Shown one piece after another: positions 41,899-51,474 of a stretch of DNA of 64,000 nt. Numbering within the stretch: the stretch's first letter is position 1; every line of letters begins with the position of its first letter. The DNA comes from Alphaproteobacteria bacterium (GTDB lineage: Bacteria; Pseudomonadota; Alphaproteobacteria; MPNO01; UBA830): assembly GCA_965243135.1 (NCBI GenBank), contig OZ251539.1:5600001-5664000 (forward strand), written 5' to 3'. The notes beneath the pieces are model-generated. The model had not been told where the DNA came from. It saw only the letters and a program-made list of their open reading frames with translations, and searched no databases. A program made the translations under genes and the position numbers.

Positions 41899-41936
41899 TT
41901 GAATATTTCATAAATACCCTATAAGTTCGTCTTATA
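41899..41936 (+). promoter_or_regulatory. Putative promoter with overlapping palindrome upstream of rpn
   Basis: TTGAAT-N17-TAAGTT; inverted repeat TATAAG-N5-CTTATA at 41920-41936. Confidence 0.45.
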
Positions 41937-41984
41937 AATCGACTGTCGGTACGCGCGCCCGCGGACCGGGGAGGAGACGGAACG

Positions 41985-43012
41985 ATGAGCGACGACGCCA
42001 AGTACAAGTCCCTGTTCAGCCATCCCCGGGTGTGCCGCGACCTGCTGCGCTGCCTCGTTTCGGAAGAACTGGCCGACCGGCTCGACTTCGACACCCTGCA
42101 GGCGATGCCGACGGAGTTCGTGGACGCCCGGCTGGGGCAGCAGCGCAGCGACATGGTCTGGCGCGTGAACTTCCGCGAGGGGGACGGCGAACTCTACGTC
42201 GTCGTCCTGACGGAGTTCCAGTCGACGGTCGACCAGGACATGCCGCTGCGCATGGTCAAGTACACGTCGCAAATATACACGGAGCTGCGGAAGGAGAAGC
42301 GGTTGCCCGACGAGAAGCTGCCGCCGGTGGTGCCGGTGGTGGTCTACAGCGGAGAGGCGCGGTGGTCGGCGCCGCGGGAGGGAGATGGTCGGGCCGGTCG
42401 ACGAGGAGCTTGAGCCGTACCAACTGCAACGCTACTTTCTGCTTGACCTTCGCGGGCGTCGAGGATGCGATGCCGGACAACGTGCTGTACGCGCAGGCGC
42501 TGGTCGAGCAAGGCCGGTGGGAGGATCTGCGGCCGGCGCTGTCGGCGTTGCAGGAGGCGACCGACCCGGAGGTGGACGTGCAGCTTCGCGGCCTGTTTGC
42601 GGCGTTGGTGCGTCAGGCGGCGGAAGGCAGCGGGCAGGTGAGCGGCGAGACGCTGAAGAAGCTGAAGTCGTTCGAGGAGACAGGGGAGTTGGGAGAGATG
42701 GGATCGTTGTTGGCCAAACGGATGGATCAGGCTGTCGACGAAAGTCGGGCCGAAGGCAGGGAGCTGGGGCTGACCGAAGGCAGGGAGCTGGGGCTCTCCG
42801 AAGGCAGGGAGCAAGGGCTGGAACGACAGCGGGCGATCTTGTTGCGTCTGGCGGCGCGGAAGTTCGGTGCGGGCACGGCGACGCGCCTCGAGGCGCTGCT
42901 GGCCGCGATCGACGATCCCGACCGTCTCGCCGTGCTCGGCGATCACGTGATCGATAGCGACGACGGCGAGGAGTTGCTGTCGCGCGCGACGGGCGTCGCC
43001 AGGTTGCACTGA
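41985..43012 (+). pseudogene. Rpn family recombination-promoting nuclease (YhgA-like), two frameshifts
   Basis: DAKYKSLFSHP, RSDMVWRV, EFQSTVD..MPLRM, LPPVVPVVVYSG; continues in a second frame (PYQLQRYFLLD) and a third (DNVL...EGRELG...RKFG). Confidence 0.85.
42750..42821 (+). repeat. 3 x 24-bp tandem repeat (EGRELGL)
   Basis: CCGAAGGCAGGGAGC at 42750, 42774 and 42798. Confidence 0.9.
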
Positions 43013-43531
43013 GCCGCGCCTGCCCCCCGGAGCTTGCGGCGCGGTCGCGCTCGGCGGCGGAGCGAGGCCGCGCTACGCCGGGTTTTGCCGGTTCCGTCGA
43101 GCGGCTGGATGCGAGAATCGAACGTCGTTCCGGTCAAAGGCCGCGCGGTCCGAGACTGCCCACCCATTTCCTGCCAAGTGCCTCAAGTGAAGCGTACGTC
43201 TCGGGTGGATGTTTCTTTCCTGTACGACATGCCGCTTGGTCTCCGACCGCCGCTTTGAACAGGAAGGAGGGCCGCGACGTTTCCGTTGAGGGCTGCCGCC
43301 CGAAAACCGAAGCGTAGGCCTTTTCAAACGAGCGGACATGATTCTTCGTGCGGTTTCGGCATGCAGGTTGGCGAAGCGCGCTCCGGAAGCGCCTGGGACG
43401 CGGCCTGCGTCTAACGGCAGATCGTTCCTTTCGCCCGACCCCTTCGCCCTCGCGCAGCCCTTCCCAAACAGTGGCGTAGATAGGAAGCTGCGCGTCTGAC
43501 GGCGTTTTGCAGTTCAAGCTTGACGGGGCCG

Positions 43532-44392
43532 TCAGATTCTTTCGTCGACCACTTCGTTGCGCAGCACGCCGATGCCCGAGGCTTCCACCTCCACCACGTC
43601 GCCTGGCCTGAGCCAGATCGGCGGATCGAACCTCGCGCCCGCCCCTGTCGGGGTTCCGGTCGAGATGATGTCGCCGCGCTTCAGCGCCATGAAGGTCGAG
43701 ACGTAGGCGATCAGGCGGGAGAAATCGAACATCAGGCGCGCCGTGTTGTCGTCCTGGCGGACCTCGCCGTTGACGCGGGTGCGGATCCGCAGGTCGCCGA
43801 AGCCGTCGAACTCGTCCGCTGTCGCCATCCACGGGCCGATCGCGCCGGTGCGGTCGAAGTTCTTTCCCTGGGTGACGTTGAACTTGGCGTGGCGGGTCCA
43901 GTCGCGGATCGTTCCTTCGTTCAGGCAGGTCAGGGCGCCGACGTGGCGCTCCGCCGCTTCGCGCGGGATGCGGCGCCCGCCTTCGCCGATCACGATCGCG
44001 ATTTCGCCCTCGTAGTCGAATTTTTCGGATTCCGGCGGGCGAATGATCGGAGCGCCGTGGCCGACGAACGACTCGCGAGTCCGGAAGAACATGCTGGGAT
44101 TCGCCGCCGGCGCGGAGCCGTCCTTGTATTCCTCGTTGCGGTCCCGGTAGTTGACGCCGATGCAGAGGATCCTTTCCGGACGCGCCACCGGGATCAGCAG
44201 GGTCGCGGCGTCGAGCGGGAGATCGGCGTCCGCCGCCTCTACGATGCGTTCCGCCCGCGTCCGCGCGCCGGGCTCCAGCAGATCCTCGGACGCGGCGGCG
44301 CCTTCGATCTTCCCTGTCAGGTCGACGATGCCGCCGTCCTTGATCGCGCCGAACGACGCCTTTCCGTCCTTTTCGAATGAGACTATCTTCAT
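43532..44392 (-). CDS. Fumarylacetoacetate hydrolase family protein
   Basis: CIGVNY, DYEGEIA, NEGTIRD, GKNFD, GDIISTGTP. Confidence 0.94.
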   Translation of the reverse strand: MKIVSFEKDGKASFGAIKDGGIVDLTGKIEGAAASEDLLEPGARTRAERIVEAADADLPLDAATLLIPVARPERILCIGVNYRDRNEEYKDGSAPAANPSMFFRTRESFVGHGAPIIRPPESEKFDYEGEIAIVIGEGGRRIPREAAERHVGALTCLNEGTIRDWTRHAKFNVTQGKNFDRTGAIGPWMATADEFDGFGDLRIRTRVNGEVRQDDNTARLMFDFSRLIAYVSTFMALKRGDIISTGTPTGAGARFDPPIWLRPGDVVEVEASGIGVLRNEVVDERI

Positions 44393-44464
44393 TTTCGCAG
44401 TTTCTCCGGGCAGCTTTCCGGCATCATAGGCCGGACCGGGGACGGGGAGAAGGGAGGGAGGAAA

Positions 44465-44863
44465 ATGCCGCATGTCTTCGTGGAGTATTCGGCGAACGTC
44501 GAAGAGGAGATGGACCTCGACCGCCTTTTCGAAAGGCTCGTGGACGTCGCCGTCGGTACCGGCGTGTTCGAACTCGAGGGAATCCGGGTTCGCGGGGTGA
44601 GGCGGGACCGCTACCGGATCGCGGACGGCCGCCCGGAGAACGGTTTCGTCCATGTCGTGCTGCGGGTCGGGCACGGACGAGCGGAGGAGACGCTGAAGGC
44701 GGCGGGAGACCGCATCTACGACGCGGTCTGCGGCCATGTCGAGAAGCTGTTCGAGCGCCGGCCGTTCAACGTTTCCATGGAGATCCAGGAGATCCATCCG
44801 AGGCTGACGTTCAAGAAGAACAACTTCGCCGAGCGCATGGCCGCCCGGCTGGCGGCGGAGTAG
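44465..44863 (+). CDS. hpcD: 5-carboxymethyl-2-hydroxymuconate isomerase (HpcD/HpaF-like tautomerase)
   Basis: N-terminal catalytic Pro (MPH..VEYSAN), GIRVR, IADG, FVH..L..G.GR. Confidence 0.85.
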   Translation: MPHVFVEYSANVEEEMDLDRLFERLVDVAVGTGVFELEGIRVRGVRRDRYRIADGRPENGFVHVVLRVGHGRAEETLKAAGDRIYDAVCGHVEKLFERRPFNVSMEIQEIHPRLTFKKNNFAERMAARLAAE

Positions 44864-44867
44864 GGCC

Positions 44868-47060
44868 ATGCTTTTCCACCATGCATCGAAGAACCGCCCG
44901 TTTCATCTCGGCACCTATCCGCTGGAGGTCCTGCCGCGCGACGACTCGCTGATTGCCGCGGAAGCGGCGCGGCCGCGCGCGAAACCGGCCGCCGCGCCCC
45001 GAACGGACGGCGCGCTCGCGGCCGCGACCGCCCGCTACCGCGACCTGTTCGCCGGCTTCATCGCCGGCGAGCCGGTCGAAAAACAGGCCCCCGTGCCCTC
45101 GGACCTCGATCGGCGCGCGGTCGACATCAAGGGCTGCGCGTACTTCATGGACGCGAGCCAGGTCGGGATTTGCCGGATTTCGGAGAACGCCTGGCTCGAG
45201 GGAAGCGATCCGGTCGACGGACACGACCACGCGGTCGTGCTGCTGATCGAGCATCCGCGGCTGCCGGACCGGGGCAATCTCGCCCGCGGCTGGACGGAGG
45301 GAGGGGTCGCCGCGGCCTGCGAGATGCGCGCGCTCGAAGTCGCCGCTTGCGTCGCCGGGCACATCCGCCAGATGGGTTTCGATGCCCGCATCCATATCGC
45401 GGGGGACGGGTCGCTCGACCGCGAGCGGCTCGCCGTTCTGGCCGGCCTTTGCGTCCGGGAAGGCGGCCTCGTCAACCCCTACGTGGAGAACGGATTCACG
45501 CTGGCCGCGCTTTCGACCGATTACGCCATGGCCTGCGACGCGCCGCTTGCGGCGTCCGCGGCGAAGGCGCGGGGGAGAGCCTACAGGAAGGGCATCAACG
45601 GGGCGGTCTCCGGACGGGAGCGCGCGCGCCGCGCGAGGCGCAGATCCCACGACAGCCGCTATCCCATGGAGCAGGTCAGGCGGGTGGACCGGCCGACCAC
45701 GCTGATCATCGACGACGAGGTGCCGCGCGTGCCGAAGAGGGCCGCGTTCTTCGAACGCGCGCTGCAAGGCGATCTCGGCGAGAAGTCGCAGCGCGAGCGG
45801 CGGCGCTTCGCCTTCAAGCATCCGCTGTCCATGAGCCAACTGAAAGTCATCCGCAGCATGGTGCCCCACCAGGACGGCGAAGTCGCACGCGACGCCGACG
45901 GGAGCGCCTACGCCGATCCGGCCGCCAACGCGAAAGCGGTCAAGGCTCTTTCCTATTTTCTCGGCTCCGACTTGACGGGCATCTGCGAAATTCCCCGCTA
46001 CGCATGGAATTCGCACAAGGAGGACGGCACGCCCATCGAGATGTATCACCGCTACGCCGTGGTCATGCTCATCGACCAGGGCTACGACACGATGGAAGGC
46101 GCGAGCGGCGACGACTGGATTTCCGGCGCCCAGTCGATGCGGGGCTATCTGCGCGGCGCGGAGATAGCGGGCGTCATGGGCGAGGTCCTGCGGAGCCTCG
46201 GCTTTCCGGCACGGTCCCAGACCAATGCGGACAGCGACGTCCTCCACATCCCGCTGGTGCTTTGGGCCGGGCTGGGCGAGCTCAGCCGGATCGGGGAACT
46301 GGTGCTCAACCCGTTCGTGGGACCGCGCTTCAAGTCGGTGGTTCTGACGACCGACATGCCGCTCGAGGTCGACAAGCCGATCGATTTCGGCCTTCAGTAC
46401 TTTTGCGACCATTGCCATAAATGCGACCGCGAATGCCCGTGCGACGCGATACCGCACGGCGACAAGGTGATGTTCAACGGCTACGAGATGTGGAAGCCGG
46501 ACGTCGAGCGCTGCACCCGCTACCGGCTCACCAACTCGAAAGGCGCCGCGTGCGGCCGGTGCATGAAGACGTGCCCGTTGAACAAGGTGGTGGACATGGA
46601 CGGCGGGCTGTTGCCGCGCATGGCGAGCTGGCTCGGCGTCAACGCCATGTTCCTGAAGCCGATGCTCGTCCCCGTCGCGACGTGGCTCGACGACAAGCTG
46701 GGCAACGGCATGCGCAATCCGGTCAAGAAATGGTGGTTCGACCACGAGGTCGTCGACGGCGCGACCGTCGAGGCGCGCGGGACGAACCGGCGCGACATCG
46801 ATCCCGGCAAGAAGGTGGACAAGGAAGGCCAGAAGATCGCCTACTACCATGCGAGCATGATGCCGCCGCCTGATCAGCCCGAACCGATGGTCGTCGACCG
46901 CAAGGCCGCGCTGGCGGCGCGCGACGTCCTGGAGACGCCCGCGGAGGCGCAAGCGCGCGTCGCGCGCGGCGGCCCGATGCCGGACCACTACGCGCCGACG
47001 CCGGCGGTCGGCGCGGACCGGATAGAAAATCGGACCGCCAACCCCTTCGAAGACCGATGA
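44868..47060 (+). CDS. rdhA: Catabolic (non-respiratory) reductive dehalogenase, B12 and 2x[4Fe-4S]
   Basis: NRPFHLG.YPLE start, duplicated cobalamin domains, AGLGELSRIG, GPRFKS, CDHCHKCDRECP and CGRCMKTCP; no TAT signal. Confidence 0.92.
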   Translation: MLFHHASKNRPFHLGTYPLEVLPRDDSLIAAEAARPRAKPAAAPRTDGALAAATARYRDLFAGFIAGEPVEKQAPVPSDLDRRAVDIKGCAYFMDASQVGICRISENAWLEGSDPVDGHDHAVVLLIEHPRLPDRGNLARGWTEGGVAAACEMRALEVAACVAGHIRQMGFDARIHIAGDGSLDRERLAVLAGLCVREGGLVNPYVENGFTLAALSTDYAMACDAPLAASAAKARGRAYRKGINGAVSGRERARRARRRSHDSRYPMEQVRRVDRPTTLIIDDEVPRVPKRAAFFERALQGDLGEKSQRERRRFAFKHPLSMSQLKVIRSMVPHQDGEVARDADGSAYADPAANAKAVKALSYFLGSDLTGICEIPRYAWNSHKEDGTPIEMYHRYAVVMLIDQGYDTMEGASGDDWISGAQSMRGYLRGAEIAGVMGEVLRSLGFPARSQTNADSDVLHIPLVLWAGLGELSRIGELVLNPFVGPRFKSVVLTTDMPLEVDKPIDFGLQYFCDHCHKCDRECPCDAIPHGDKVMFNGYEMWKPDVERCTRYRLTNSKGAACGRCMKTCPLNKVVDMDGGLLPRMASWLGVNAMFLKPMLVPVATWLDDKLGNGMRNPVKKWWFDHEVVDGATVEARGTNRRDIDPGKKVDKEGQKIAYYHASMMPPPDQPEPMVVDRKAALAARDVLETPAEAQARVARGGPMPDHYAPTPAVGADRIENRTANPFEDR

Positions 47061-48031
47061 GAATCTGCGTCTACGGCGCGGGATCGGTCGGCGGCCTGAT
47101 CGGCGGCGCACTCGCGCGCGAGGGGCACGACGTCGCCCTGATCGCGCGCGGCGCGCATCTCGAGGCGCTGAAGGCGGCCGGCTGCACAGTGGAGACCGGC
47201 GGCGAACGGTTCACCGTTCACCCCCTGTGCACCGACGACCCTGGCGAGGCGGGCGTCCAGGATTACGTCGTCATCGCCGTCAAGGAACCGGCCCTGGGCG
47301 GCGCCGCGGAGCGCATCGCGCCCTTGCTCGATGCCGATACGGTCGTCGCGACGGCGATGAACGGCCTTCCGTGGTGGTTCTTCGACGGGTTTCCCGAAGG
47401 CGGTCCGGAGATTGCGCTGTCCGGGCTGGACCCCGACGGAACGATCTCTTCGGCCATCCCGATCGATCGGCTGATCGCCTGCGTCGTGCACGTGGGCGCG
47501 GACGTGCCCGAGCCCGGCGTCATCCGGCATTTGGCCGACAGAAGGCTGATCTTCGGCGCGGCGGGCGGCGTTCCCGCCGGCCGGGTCGCGAAGCTGGCCG
47601 ACGCCTTCCTGCCCACGCCGATAGACGCGACCGTCACGCCGCGCGCCAGGCAGGAAATCTGGCTCAAGCTGCTGGGAAACTTCAACTTCGCGCCGATTTC
47701 GGCGCTGACCGGCGCGACCACCCGCGCCATTGGAACCGACCCGGCGCTGCGGCGGCTCTGCGTCGACATGTTCGAGGAGGCGGCGGCGGCCGGGCGCGCG
47801 GTCGGACTGGAATCGGGGATGACGGCCGAGGAACGCACGGACCTCGGCGTGTCGCTCGGCGAATTCAGGACCTCGATGCTCCAGGACTTCGAGAAGCGCC
47901 GTCCGCCGGAAATCAAGTCCATCGTCGCGTCGGTCGTGGAATTCGGGCGCGCGGTCGGCGCGCCGATGCCGGTGTCCGAGGCGGTCCTCGCGCTGGTTTC
48001 GCGGAAGGCGAAGGAGATGGGGATCGGCTGA
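47057..48031 (+). CDS. Ketopantoate reductase (ApbA/PanE) family oxidoreductase
   Basis: GAGSVG, AVK, MNG, WLKL, TSMLQD, PEI. Confidence 0.9.
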   Translation: MRICVYGAGSVGGLIGGALAREGHDVALIARGAHLEALKAAGCTVETGGERFTVHPLCTDDPGEAGVQDYVVIAVKEPALGGAAERIAPLLDADTVVATAMNGLPWWFFDGFPEGGPEIALSGLDPDGTISSAIPIDRLIACVVHVGADVPEPGVIRHLADRRLIFGAAGGVPAGRVAKLADAFLPTPIDATVTPRARQEIWLKLLGNFNFAPISALTGATTRAIGTDPALRRLCVDMFEEAAAAGRAVGLESGMTAEERTDLGVSLGEFRTSMLQDFEKRRPPEIKSIVASVVEFGRAVGAPMPVSEAVLALVSRKAKEMGIG

Positions 48032-48040
48032 GCCGGCCGG

Positions 48041-49081
48041 CTACGCGTCGAGCGTGCTTGCGGCGAAGACTTCCTCGAGTCCGAGCCTGCGCGGCGTCAA
48101 TCCCTGCTCGCGCGAATAGGCCGCGATGGTTTCCAGTTCCTTGCGGTTGGCGGCGACGCCGTGGCGAACGAGGGGCGCGGCGAGCGCCGCCTCGGCGTCC
48201 GGCGGCAGCAGGCCCGCGTCGAGGTGGTACCGGACGTGCTCCATGCGTTGCCGGTCCGCCAGCGCCGCCGCCTCCTCGAACGCCTTGAGGAGGTTCAGCG
48301 CGACCCAGGGATGCCGTTCCGCGATTTCGCGGCGGACGACCATGCCGTGATTGATGGGGTACAGGCCGGTTTTCCCGTAATAGCGCCTGCCTTCCGCGCA
48401 GGCGTCCGGGAACAGCGGCGCGAAGTCGGGATGGTTGTGGAGGTCGGCGACGCTCCGGTCGACGGCGGTGCCGCCGGGGATGTAGAGCAGCGTCGCGTCG
48501 AGTTCCGCCGACAGCAGCATCTCGCCGATGTTGCTCTCGGGCGGGATGCGGTGGACGGTCACCCCGGGCGGCGGCGCGAATCCGGTCGATCCGCCGTGGC
48601 TGAGATCGGGCGTGCGCTCCATCCAGAACTCCATGTCCTGCGGCGCGACGCCGAACTCGTGCTGCAGGACGCCTCGCGACCACAGCGCGGCCGTCTGCTG
48701 GTATTCGGGCACGCCGACCCGCTTCCCCTTGAGATCTTCCGGTTTTTCGATCCCCGACGCCCTGCGGACCAGGATCCAGGTCTGGAAGAAGTAGCGGGTG
48801 GTGAAGACGGGCAGGCCGACGAAGCGGTCGTCGCCGCGGGCGACGGCCATCAACAGCGACGAGACGGACATTTCCGAAACGTCGAACTCGGAGAATTTGA
48901 GCTGCCGCCAGAAGAGTTCGGAAGGGTGCAGTTCCAGGGGAGTCATGTCGATTCCGTCGGCGGCGATCAATCCGTCGAGGACCGGCCGCGTCCTCAGGTT
49001 CGGCGTCAGCCCGACGCTGAGCTGCAATCCGCCGGTCGATCTGGGCCGCGGCGCCTCCGGCCCGAACTGCGGCATCTTCAT
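48041..49081 (-). CDS. 4,5-dihydroxyphthalate decarboxylase-like (SBP-fold) protein
   Basis: FDVSEMS, LPVFTTR.F, DLKGKRVGVPEYQQTAALW.RG.L, YPINH, GV.ANR. Confidence 0.82.
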   Translation of the reverse strand: MKMPQFGPEAPRPRSTGGLQLSVGLTPNLRTRPVLDGLIAADGIDMTPLELHPSELFWRQLKFSEFDVSEMSVSSLLMAVARGDDRFVGLPVFTTRYFFQTWILVRRASGIEKPEDLKGKRVGVPEYQQTAALWSRGVLQHEFGVAPQDMEFWMERTPDLSHGGSTGFAPPPGVTVHRIPPESNIGEMLLSAELDATLLYIPGGTAVDRSVADLHNHPDFAPLFPDACAEGRRYYGKTGLYPINHGMVVRREIAERHPWVALNLLKAFEEAAALADRQRMEHVRYHLDAGLLPPDAEAALAAPLVRHGVAANRKELETIAAYSREQGLTPRRLGLEEVFAASTLDA

Positions 49082-49275
49082 CTCGTCTTCTCCTGAGTCT
49101 TGGCGTCGGCGGGAGCTCCGCCCGCTGGAGAGCCGCGCCGCAGGTCCAGCATACAGGCATGGCGGACCCGATGTCAGCATCGCGCGAAGGATTGGTGTCC
49201 CGGAGCGCGCACTTTCTTCGTCGAAAGAAGAATGTGCCGCCGATATTGTCCTTGCAGGAAGGATAATTCAAACGA

Positions 49276-49302
49276 AATTTCTCCTTTTCATAAGGAGAAA
49301 TT
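49276..49302. promoter_or_regulatory. Perfect 11-bp inverted repeat (operator candidate)
   Basis: AATTTCTCCTT-ttcat-AAGGAGAAATT in an AT-rich divergent intergenic region. Confidence 0.55.
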
Positions 49303-49337
49303 CGATAAAATTCCCGTTTTCGCAGGGATGATTTCAA

Positions 49338-50690
49338 ATGGAGATGTCTCCTCCTTTTCTGCGGCGCGTTTTCGCCGAACAACTCGCCGAATCCGTGCAG
49401 GCGCCGTTGCCGACCTATACCGCTCGCCGCGTTTTCGGCCCAGCGGAATTTCCCGGCAAGGCGACGACGGTCGTCGGCGCGCGGCGAGCCGGAAAGACCA
49501 CCTTCCTGCATCAGCTGCGGGACGAGCGGATCAGGCGAGGCGTTTCCAGGGATCTGCTGCCTTTCGTTTCCTTCGAGGACGAGCGCCTCGCCGGTCTGGA
49601 GGCCGTTCACCTCGAATTGCTTGTCAACGAATACCAGCGCAGGTTCCCCGTCGCCCGGACCGTCGCCTGGTTTTTCGACGAGATCCGGGTCGTTCCTGGG
49701 TGGGAACGGTTCGTCAGACGGCTTCTCGATTCCGAACGAACCGAAGTGTTCGTCGCCGGATCGTCGGCCGCGTCGTTGTCCGGCGAAATCGCCACCGCGC
49801 TTCGTGGCCGAGCCTGGCGGATATTGATGCATCCGTTCAGTTTCGAGGAAGCTCTCCGTTTCCGGTCCGCGGAGCCCGCGACCGCCGGCTTTCTCGCCGG
49901 CTCCGAGTCCGCCCGGATGGAGCGCGCGTTGCTCGACTGGCTGGAAGCCGGAGGCTTCCCCGAAGCGCAAGATCTCGCCGCGGCGGCCAGGCGCCAACTC
50001 CTGCGCGGCTATGTCGATGCCGCGATGCTGCGCGACGTGATGGAGCGATACGGCGTTCGCAACATAGTCGGACTGCGTTGGCTGGTCCGGCATTTGCTAG
50101 GAAACGCAGGCGCCCCGTTCAGCGTCGAGAAGTTCCTCGCCGCGATAAGGTCGCAGGGGCTTGCGGTCGCGAAGGACACGCTTCATCGACTCCTTTCCCA
50201 TCTCGAAGATTGTTTCCTCGTGCGTATCGTGTGGATGGAGGCGAGTTCGGAGCGTCAGCGCATGGTCAATCCGCGCAAGGCGTACCCCGTGGATCCGGGG
50301 CTGATTCCGGTATTCGATCGCAGCGGACGAGCGACCGCCGGACATGCGCTGGAAACGGCTGTTCTTGTCGAACTGGAACGCCGCGGATTCGACGTTACGT
50401 ATCTGCGGACCGCGGAAGGCTACGAGGTCGATTTTCTCGCCCGCGGCCCGGACGGCGGCATGGAACTCCTGCAAGTGTGCGCGGACCTCTCGGATCCGGC
50501 GACCGCCGCTCGCGAATACCGGGCGCTCGCGGCCGGAGGCGAGATGTTTCCGGACGCGCGCAGGCTGTTGCTGACTCTCTTGCGGGACGGTCTGCCTGCC
50601 GAGGTTCCCGCGGGCATGGAGGTGCGAACGGCCTGCGAGTGGTTTTTGGAAACGGCGGGCGGGGAAGTCTCGGGCGCGCGGGCTTTCTGA
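49338..50690 (+). CDS. AAA_14 ATPase with DUF4143 domain
   Basis: GARRAGKT, FFDEI, GGFPE, NPRKAYPVDPG, YEVDF...QVC. Confidence 0.92.
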   Translation: MEMSPPFLRRVFAEQLAESVQAPLPTYTARRVFGPAEFPGKATTVVGARRAGKTTFLHQLRDERIRRGVSRDLLPFVSFEDERLAGLEAVHLELLVNEYQRRFPVARTVAWFFDEIRVVPGWERFVRRLLDSERTEVFVAGSSAASLSGEIATALRGRAWRILMHPFSFEEALRFRSAEPATAGFLAGSESARMERALLDWLEAGGFPEAQDLAAAARRQLLRGYVDAAMLRDVMERYGVRNIVGLRWLVRHLLGNAGAPFSVEKFLAAIRSQGLAVAKDTLHRLLSHLEDCFLVRIVWMEASSERQRMVNPRKAYPVDPGLIPVFDRSGRATAGHALETAVLVELERRGFDVTYLRTAEGYEVDFLARGPDGGMELLQVCADLSDPATAAREYRALAAGGEMFPDARRLLLTLLRDGLPAEVPAGMEVRTACEWFLETAGGEVSGARAF

Positions 50691-50885
50691 CCGGCGACGC
50701 CGCAGGCGGCTTGTCCCCGCGAGACGAAACCTGCGGAGTCGGTTTCGCCGGCGCGGAATCGCCCGGCGGGCGGTTCAGGCCGACCGACTTCGCGCCGACG
50801 AAGCGCCGTGGGCTCGGCTTCCGGAGCCAACGGCCGGCGCCATGCGGCGGAAGCGGGTGCCGCTTCCGCCGCATGGCGCGCGCGG

Positions 50886-51353
50886 TCAGCGCGACTCGTA
50901 GAAGTTGATCAGCTTGACCACGTCCTCGGCGTCGATCCGGCCCAGGGGACCGTCCGCATAGCTGGAAACCACGACCTTGTTGTCGGCGCCCAGAACGAAT
51001 TCGGACGGCTGAATGATCTGACGGCGGTCTTCCCACCACGAGCCGAGCGCATCCGCGACGTCGCGAGTGACGCCGTAGCCCACGGGAAAGTTCAACCCGT
51101 CCGCTATTTCCTTCGCCTTGTCGATGGGGTCGACGCTCGCGGCCACGATCGAGGCGCCGATTCCGGCAAGGGCTTCCTTGTGTTTCGCGAAGCCGGCCAA
51201 CTGCCGGCGGCAGTAAGGTCACCAATGGCCCCTGTAGAACAGGACAATCTTGTATTTGCTGTCGAGACCGTCCGGAAGATCGAGCGTTCCCCCGGCGACG
51301 AGATTGAGGGTTACGCCCGGAAAGGCGGCCCCGATGCCCAGCTTGTCGGACAT
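50886..51353 (-). CDS. Peroxiredoxin-like (AhpC/TSA) selenoprotein with UxxC motif
   Basis: Two in-frame ORFs joined by TGA 51219-51221: LFYRGHW-U-PYCRRQL; 155 aa; GGAG RBS. Confidence 0.85.
51192..51208 (-). promoter_or_regulatory. Candidate bacterial SECIS hairpin
   Basis: mRNA GCCGGC-AGUUG-GCCGGC; the apical loop starts 16 nt after UGA, with GU at loop positions 2-3. Confidence 0.65.
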
Positions 51354-51474
51354 GCTTGCTCCCTTGCGAAACTTGCCGTTACGGAGAATATATAGCGTCT
51401 CGGCGGCGAAATCGCAAACCGTTGACTCGCGGTTTCGTCGGGGTCGGGAACGATCGCAGACAGGAGGGAACGCG

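Noticed and set aside
42750-42821. CRISPR-like array
   Set aside because: These are contiguous coding 24-bp repeats with no spacers; no cas genes are in the window.
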